A stretch of 32,000 bases of DNA, taken from positions 3,900,001 to 3,932,000 of the forward strand of contig NZ_CP042905.2 of the NCBI RefSeq assembly GCF_008000775.2, in the 5' to 3' direction. The translations under genes and the position numbers were made by a program. Below the pieces are notes generated by a model. It ran no database searches and was not told the DNA's origin. It saw only the letters and a list, made by a program, of their open reading frames with translations. The stretch is from Promethearchaeum syntrophicum (lineage in GTDB: Archaea; Asgardarchaeota; Lokiarchaeia; Sigyniarchaeales; Promethearchaeaceae). Shown piece after piece: positions 27,190 through 32,000 of this stretch (positions are counted from its first letter, which is position 1; the number at the start of each line of letters is the position of its first letter).

Positions 27190-28563
27190 ATGGGCAAATA
27201 TGAAGATTTGTTAATACAAACAATAGAATTTTCTCAAAAACAAGGAATTGAAGAAATTATTGCTCGCTATAATAACGGTATTGATTATCAAATTCGATTT
27301 TCAAATTCAATGATTGATATAATGAAACGCTGGGAAAATGATAAGCTAGAATTATTTTTTGTCAAAGACCAGAAAACTACTCAAATTGAAATCAGATCCC
27401 CAACTATGCCTCTAATTGAAGAGAGGATTTTACATACTGTTAAATTTTTAGAACATCTCCCAAAGAGTACTTTTTACACAGGAATGGAAATGGAGAAAAA
27501 ACCTTATCAAAAAATTGAAGGATTGTTTGATTCCCGAATAAAATCATTCCCAGATAAAGCAGCGGACAATATTAATGCAGCCATTAATTCAAGTCTTGAG
27601 ATAGGAGCAAAAAAAGTTGCAGGAGTCTTGTATTTTGGGCAAAATGAAACGGAATTACTCACAAGTCATAATATTGGAGGAAATTATGATGATTCTTATT
27701 ATCGGATGACTGTGAGATCCTTTGTAGATGGAGAAAGTTCTGGTCAAGATATTTTATGTGGTAGAAATTTGTCTAATATTGAGAAAAAATTCAATTTAAC
27801 TGCAGAAAACTCCGGTAAATTAGCATCTATGGCTGTTGGTGGAAAACAAGGCATTGGAGGAAAATATGATGTAATTTTAAGTCCAACCGTTGCTGCAAAT
27901 GTTTTTGGTGAAATTACCGATGGTGCGAATCCTCTTCTTATTATGCTTGGTATGAGTCCTGTAAGTGATTCAATTACTAAAAAAATAGCACCAGATAATT
28001 TATCAATCGAGGATAATGCATTAGTTGGAGATGGATTAGGTAGCAAACCTTTTGATGTAGAAGGACGCCCAACAAATCAAACACCCATAATTGATAAAGG
28101 TATTTTGAAAAATTTAATTCAAAATACTTCCTCCGCAAAAAACTATGGGTGTCAATCCACAGCTAATTCTGAATTCGTTGGTTTGGGAATTGGATCCAAA
28201 ATGTTAGCACCTAGTCCAAGTAATATGGTATACAAACCAGGAGACTATTCACTTGATGAGATCATTGCTGATTCGAAGAAACCTACAATTTATATCACTT
28301 CCAATTGGTATACAAGGTTCACAAATCAACTAGAAGGTATATTTTCAACCATTCCTCGCGATGGATTGTTTTTAATTGAAAATGGAGAGATTATAAAGCC
28401 TTTACGGAATCTTCGGTTGACTGATAATCTTTTGAGAATGATAGCAAATATCTCAGCAATAGGAAAAGACGTAAAGCAAATTAATTGGTGGGAAGTAGAA
28501 ACTCCGACTTTTATTCCAACGATAAAGGTATCAGATTGTAACATCACAGCAGCCACTAAATAA
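27190..28563 (+). CDS. pmbA: PmbA/TldE-family protein (partner of TldD, lacks HExxxH)
   Basis: It starts 1 nt after the tldD stop. It has the same fold-family length and C-terminal pattern as TldD but no metal-binding HExxxH, as expected for TldE. Confidence 0.85.
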   Translation: MGKYEDLLIQTIEFSQKQGIEEIIARYNNGIDYQIRFSNSMIDIMKRWENDKLELFFVKDQKTTQIEIRSPTMPLIEERILHTVKFLEHLPKSTFYTGMEMEKKPYQKIEGLFDSRIKSFPDKAADNINAAINSSLEIGAKKVAGVLYFGQNETELLTSHNIGGNYDDSYYRMTVRSFVDGESSGQDILCGRNLSNIEKKFNLTAENSGKLASMAVGGKQGIGGKYDVILSPTVAANVFGEITDGANPLLIMLGMSPVSDSITKKIAPDNLSIEDNALVGDGLGSKPFDVEGRPTNQTPIIDKGILKNLIQNTSSAKNYGCQSTANSEFVGLGIGSKMLAPSPSNMVYKPGDYSLDEIIADSKKPTIYITSNWYTRFTNQLEGIFSTIPRDGLFLIENGEIIKPLRNLRLTDNLLRMIANISAIGKDVKQINWWEVETPTFIPTIKVSDCNITAATK

Positions 28564-28568
28564 ATTCA

Positions 28569-28588
28569 TTTTTTTTTCACCTTTTTTT
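28569..28588 (+). terminator. Double oligo-T tract (T9 ... T7) after pmbA
   Basis: TAA at 28561-28563, then T9 at 28569-28577 and T7 at 28582-28588. Confidence 0.45.
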
Positions 28589-28647
28589 AAAAAATAATTT
28601 AAAGATCGTTGAGAAACAATTTAAGTATCGTTATATATAAATAATTG

Positions 28648-30792
28648 ATGTCTTCGAAGTCTGTGAAAGAACTTGAAGCAATGTTTCATCCAAGATCCGT
28701 AGCAATAATTGGTGCAAGTAGTAAAGAAGGCAAAATTGGGCATACAGTTATTAAAAATATGCAGAATTCTAATTTTCCAGGTAAATATTACCCTATTAAT
28801 CCTAAATCTGAAGAAATTTTAGGCTATAAGGCATATAAATCGATAATGGATGCTCCAGATGGCATTGATATGGCCATTATATGCATTCCAAGTAAATTTT
28901 GTGTCCCTGTAGTCGAAGAATGTGGTAAAAAAAAAGTTAAAACTATTGTAATTATTACCGCGGGTTTTAAAGAAGTTGGGGGAGAAGGTAGAGTAAGAGA
29001 ATCAAGAATCCAAGAACTTGGAAAGCAATATAATATGCGAATTTTGGGTCCAAATTGCTTAGGTTTGATTACTAATGGGAACTTCTCATTTGCAAATCAA
29101 ACCCCAAAAAAAGGTAAAATTGCAATGCTATCACAATCTGGAGCAATGATGACCGGCCTTTTAGATTGGGCTGTAAATAATGATATCGGTTTTAGTTCAT
29201 TTATATCAATAGGAAATAAAGCAGATATAGATGAAGTAGATTTAATCGAATACTTAGCACACGACGACAACACAAAAGTAATTGCAGCATATATAGAATC
29301 AGTACAAGATGGAATGAAATTTTTTAATGTTGTTTCAGCAGCAACGAAAATAAAACCAGTCATTCTCTTAAAAGCAGGAAGAAGTGCCGCGGGAGCAAAA
29401 GCTGCATCAAGCCATACAGGAGCTTTAGCTGGTAGTGATATCGGATTTGAATTAGCTTTTAAAAAAGCGGGTGTTCTTAGAGCTGATACAATTTCAGAAC
29501 TATTTAATTATGCATTAACATTTCTAATAGCCCAAATTCCAAAAGGGGATAATTTCGCAATTGTTACAAATGCTGGTGGTCCTGGTATTGTTACTACAGA
29601 TGCAATGGATAAAGAAAAATTGGGATTTGCTCAATTTACTGAAGAAACAATAAACCTATTGAAAAAAGAATTACCGGCAGAATCAAATTTCAGAAATCCA
29701 GTAGATATCATTGGTGATGCCCCTCCAAGTCGTTATGAATATGCAATAGAATCTTTATGTCAAACTCCAAATTCAGAAGTAGCAGGTATTATCATCCTAC
29801 TAACCCCGCAATCTCAAACCGAGCCATTAATTGTAGCTCAAAAAATTGCAGCCTTACAAAAGAAATACCCTGAAAAAATTATGATTGGAGCATTTATCGG
29901 GGGTGTCAGTGTGGAAGAGCCAATGAAGATTCTCACTAGTTCTGGAGTTCCCACATATGCATTTCCGGAAGATTCGGTTAAAGTTCTAAAAGGATTAACT
30001 TACTACAAGGAATTATTAGAAAAACCCCTGATTACAGAAAAGGTAATCAAGAAGTTCGATGTCGATAGAGATATAGTTAAAACAATCATTGAAGATGCAA
30101 AAAAAGATCATCGAGCAGTATTATTAAGTTATGAAACATCTCAAATCTTTGAAACTTATGGAATAAAAGCTCCAAAGAGCAGATTGGTTCAAACTGCAAG
30201 AGATGCTGCAGAAATAGCCAAAGATATGGGATTTCCATTAGTTGCAAAGATAGTAAGCCCACAAATCATTCATAAATGGGACGTAGGAGGAGTCATTCTT
30301 AATATAAAAACCCCTGATGAAGCAAAAAATGCATTTATTTCAATTATGACTAATGCAATACGATTAGGCCCTCGAGATGCGCGATTGGTTGGTGTAGAAT
30401 TGCAAGAGATGATTATTAAAGAAGATAAATCAAAATCCAATGAATTAATAATCGGGATGAGCCGAGATCCAAATTGGGGTCCTATGCTAATGATTGGTTC
30501 TGGGGGTATTTATGCTAACTATGTCAAAGATGTGGCATTTGATTTAGCGTATCAATTTGATAGAAAAGATGCACGAAAATTATTACATCAAACCAAAATT
30601 TCAAAAATATTAGAAGGCGTTCGTGGTGAACCTGAAAGTGATATAGAGGGCGTTTTAGATATTTTAGAACGATTATCTCAATTAGTTAACGACTTCCCAG
30701 ATATTGTGGAACTCGATATAAATCCTTGTTTAGTTTTTTCAAAGGAAGAGGGGTATTCGGCAGTTGATATTAAAATTACAATTAAAATGTAA
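28648..30792 (+). CDS. acd: ADP-forming acetyl-CoA synthetase (acetate--CoA ligase, fused alpha/beta type)
   Basis: FHPRSVAIIGAS, GPNCLG, SQSGAM, phosphohistidine loop ASSHTGALAG, and a C-terminal ATP-grasp half (GFPLVAKIVSPQIIHKWDVGGV). The track start at 28645 is TTG and the adjacent ATG is at 28648. A further in-frame Met at 28681 (MFHPRS) is also possible. Confidence 0.9.
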   Translation: MSSKSVKELEAMFHPRSVAIIGASSKEGKIGHTVIKNMQNSNFPGKYYPINPKSEEILGYKAYKSIMDAPDGIDMAIICIPSKFCVPVVEECGKKKVKTIVIITAGFKEVGGEGRVRESRIQELGKQYNMRILGPNCLGLITNGNFSFANQTPKKGKIAMLSQSGAMMTGLLDWAVNNDIGFSSFISIGNKADIDEVDLIEYLAHDDNTKVIAAYIESVQDGMKFFNVVSAATKIKPVILLKAGRSAAGAKAASSHTGALAGSDIGFELAFKKAGVLRADTISELFNYALTFLIAQIPKGDNFAIVTNAGGPGIVTTDAMDKEKLGFAQFTEETINLLKKELPAESNFRNPVDIIGDAPPSRYEYAIESLCQTPNSEVAGIIILLTPQSQTEPLIVAQKIAALQKKYPEKIMIGAFIGGVSVEEPMKILTSSGVPTYAFPEDSVKVLKGLTYYKELLEKPLITEKVIKKFDVDRDIVKTIIEDAKKDHRAVLLSYETSQIFETYGIKAPKSRLVQTARDAAEIAKDMGFPLVAKIVSPQIIHKWDVGGVILNIKTPDEAKNAFISIMTNAIRLGPRDARLVGVELQEMIIKEDKSKSNELIIGMSRDPNWGPMLMIGSGGIYANYVKDVAFDLAYQFDRKDARKLLHQTKISKILEGVRGEPESDIEGVLDILERLSQLVNDFPDIVELDINPCLVFSKEEGYSAVDIKITIKM

Positions 30793-30830
30793 GATTTTTT
30801 TTAGAATCACGATGGAGAAAATGAAAGAAA

Positions 30831-31898
30831 ATGAGCAAAAGTAAACCAATATTATTGTGTTCAACAAAAGCAGGGTCTGGAAAATCAGTTATTGCAATAG
30901 GAATGTTCCTAAAACTAAAAGAAGAAGGTTTTAACCCAGGATACTTTAAAGCTATCGGTGATGCGATGGATCTCCGACCTAAAACAAAAACTGATAAAGA
31001 TGTAAATGTTATTACCGCTGTAGTTGCAAGGAAATTTTCAAAAGAAGAAATGTGCCCTCAATTTTTCAATCCAAGCTTTTTCCTCGATGAAATTCTTCCT
31101 GAAGAATCTCAAACAGTGTTAGAAAAGATAAAAGATCATTTTGAAAGCATGAAAGATAAAACCGATATAATTATTTTAGAAGGAAATCATAACATTAATC
31201 AATATTCAGCAATAAATTTGGACGATACGGTTTTAGCTAAAGAATTTGATGCGACCGTAATCTTATGCGCTCCAATAAAGGACGATGATGATATTAATAC
31301 TGTTATTTCTGCGTATAATTATTTAAAATTGAAAGATGTAAAAGTTATCGGTGTTATTCTCAATGGTTTATCTGAAACTGCATTCGTCCGAATTGAGAAA
31401 TATTATAAACCACTTCTTGACAAACGTGGAATAACAATTATAGGTGGATTGAAAAAATCTAGACAGCTTGAGAAACCAACAATTGCTGAAATTTTAGAAG
31501 CGGTCGAAGGAGAACTTATTTGTGGCAATTACATTACAGTGAAGAATAATTTAATTGATGGATTTATTATTGGAGCAATGGGTGCAGAATCCGCCGCAAG
31601 TTATCTACGAAAAGGGGTTAATCAATGTGTAATCACTGGAGGAGATAGATCAGATATTGCCCTTGCAGCTTTAAACGCAAACACAAATTTGATTATTTTC
31701 TCAGGAAATATTAGGCCCGCACCTCGAGTGATAAGTGTAGCTGAAGAAAAAGGAATTCCGTTAGCGTTAGCTCCTGGTGATACCTTTACAATTTCAGAAC
31801 AACTCAGAAAGATTCATACTCATATTCAACCGAATGAAATAGGAATTTGTCGCCAACAAATTGAAGATTATTTAGATTGGGACAAAATCCCGAAATAA
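30831..31898 (+). CDS. Stand-alone phosphotransacetylase N-terminal-like protein (BioD-like P-loop domain + DRTGG domain)
   Basis: The N-terminus LLCSTKAGSGKSVIAIG resembles the BioD/CobQ-type nucleotide-binding domain. DRTGG-type motif VITGGDRSDIALAAL. There is no PTA catalytic half in 355 aa. Confidence 0.75.
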   Translation: MSKSKPILLCSTKAGSGKSVIAIGMFLKLKEEGFNPGYFKAIGDAMDLRPKTKTDKDVNVITAVVARKFSKEEMCPQFFNPSFFLDEILPEESQTVLEKIKDHFESMKDKTDIIILEGNHNINQYSAINLDDTVLAKEFDATVILCAPIKDDDDINTVISAYNYLKLKDVKVIGVILNGLSETAFVRIEKYYKPLLDKRGITIIGGLKKSRQLEKPTIAEILEAVEGELICGNYITVKNNLIDGFIIGAMGAESAASYLRKGVNQCVITGGDRSDIALAALNANTNLIIFSGNIRPAPRVISVAEEKGIPLALAPGDTFTISEQLRKIHTHIQPNEIGICRQQIEDYLDWDKIPK

Positions 31899-31914
31899 TT
31901 TTTTTTCTCTTTTT
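31899..31914 (+). terminator. Oligo-T tract (T8 ... T4) after the DRTGG gene
   Basis: The tract directly follows the TAA at 31896-31898. Confidence 0.4.
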
Positions 31915-31953
31915 CGCTAAAAATTTTAAATAATATTTTGTAATTTCAATACT

Positions 31954-32000
31954 ATGGATGAAAAAGAATTTATATATGTTTTAAAATTACGAAATGATCT
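31954..32000 (+). CDS. Possible 5' end of a further ORF running off the window
   Basis: ATG at 31954, open to the window end (MDEKEFIYVLKLRND...). It is too short to evaluate. Confidence 0.2.
   Translation, partial: MDEKEFIYVLKLRND

Noticed and set aside
20693-29363. Remaining antisense ORFs (20693-20941, 21795-22082, 24222-24419, 26057-26368, 26666-26953, 27744-28046, 28326-28556, 29097-29363)
   Set aside because: Each lies wholly inside, and opposite to, a CDS with clear family motifs. None has motifs of its own.
23282-31898. Transglutaminase-like + SDR + TldD/TldE + ATP-grasp-containing ACD as one peptide-modification/maturation cluster
   Set aside because: The genes are separated by 136-168 bp spacers and oligo-T terminator-like tracts. 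The strongest is the double tract after pmbA at 28569-28588. The ATP-grasp belongs to a canonical full-length ACD. No precursor-peptide-like small ORF is visible. Co-orientation alone is insufficient.
1-32000. CRISPR arrays, tRNA/rRNA genes, IS/transposase/integrase genes, toxin-antitoxin or restriction-modification modules, and in-frame-UGA selenoprotein genes
   Set aside because: There are no spaced direct repeats and no GC-rich structured segments in any intergenic gap; every gap is 210 bp or less and AT-rich. There are no recombinase or defence motifs in any ORF. No pair of same-frame ORFs is separated by a single TGA, and read-through of the MFS TGA stop adds only 9 codons.

Overview
This is an AT-rich window (roughly one-third GC by eye) that is very gene-dense: 23 substantial CDS plus one possible 3'-edge fragment, with intergenic gaps of 210 bp or less. 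I found no rRNA, tRNA, CRISPR array, transposase, integrase or recognisable defence genes. All calls rest on motif recognition in the supplied translations; no searches were run.

The informational genes are archaeal: Topo VI A and B, a RecJ/GAN-type DHH nuclease, a NOG1-type GTPase and SepSecS. An AT-rich archaeon that encodes selenocysteine suggests an Asgard (Lokiarchaeia-like) genome, but this is inference only.

Gene order:
- leuS, 5'-truncated by the window edge
- minus-strand block: top6B, top6A, a HEAT-repeat protein, then after a gap a multipass membrane protein
- coaBC
- an orphan ORF
- RecJ-like nuclease, convergent with a NucS-like PD-(D/E)xK protein
- SepSecS
- an orphan ORF
- NOG1-like GTPase overlapping a RimJ-like GNAT
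- CoA-transferase/GNAT fusion (minus strand)
- MFS transporter with an extra C-terminal cytosolic domain
- class-V aminotransferase and a short SerA
- transglutaminase-like protein
- SDR
- TldD and PmbA
- ADP-forming acetyl-CoA synthetase and a stand-alone Pta-N-terminal (BioD-like/DRTGG) protein

Most of this is housekeeping. The best candidate for something undescribed is the Topo VI module. Its B subunit is about twice canonical length, with three large insertions and a disordered tail ending in a wHTH-like domain, and a HEAT-repeat ORF is translationally coupled to top6A. The second candidate is the MFS transporter fused to a longin/roadblock-like domain. Other notable points are a bacterial-type LeuRS with a Cys4 insert, the ACD/DRTGG pairing, and a Pat-type GNAT fused to a CoA-transferase. 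All of these need structure prediction and comparative genomics to confirm.
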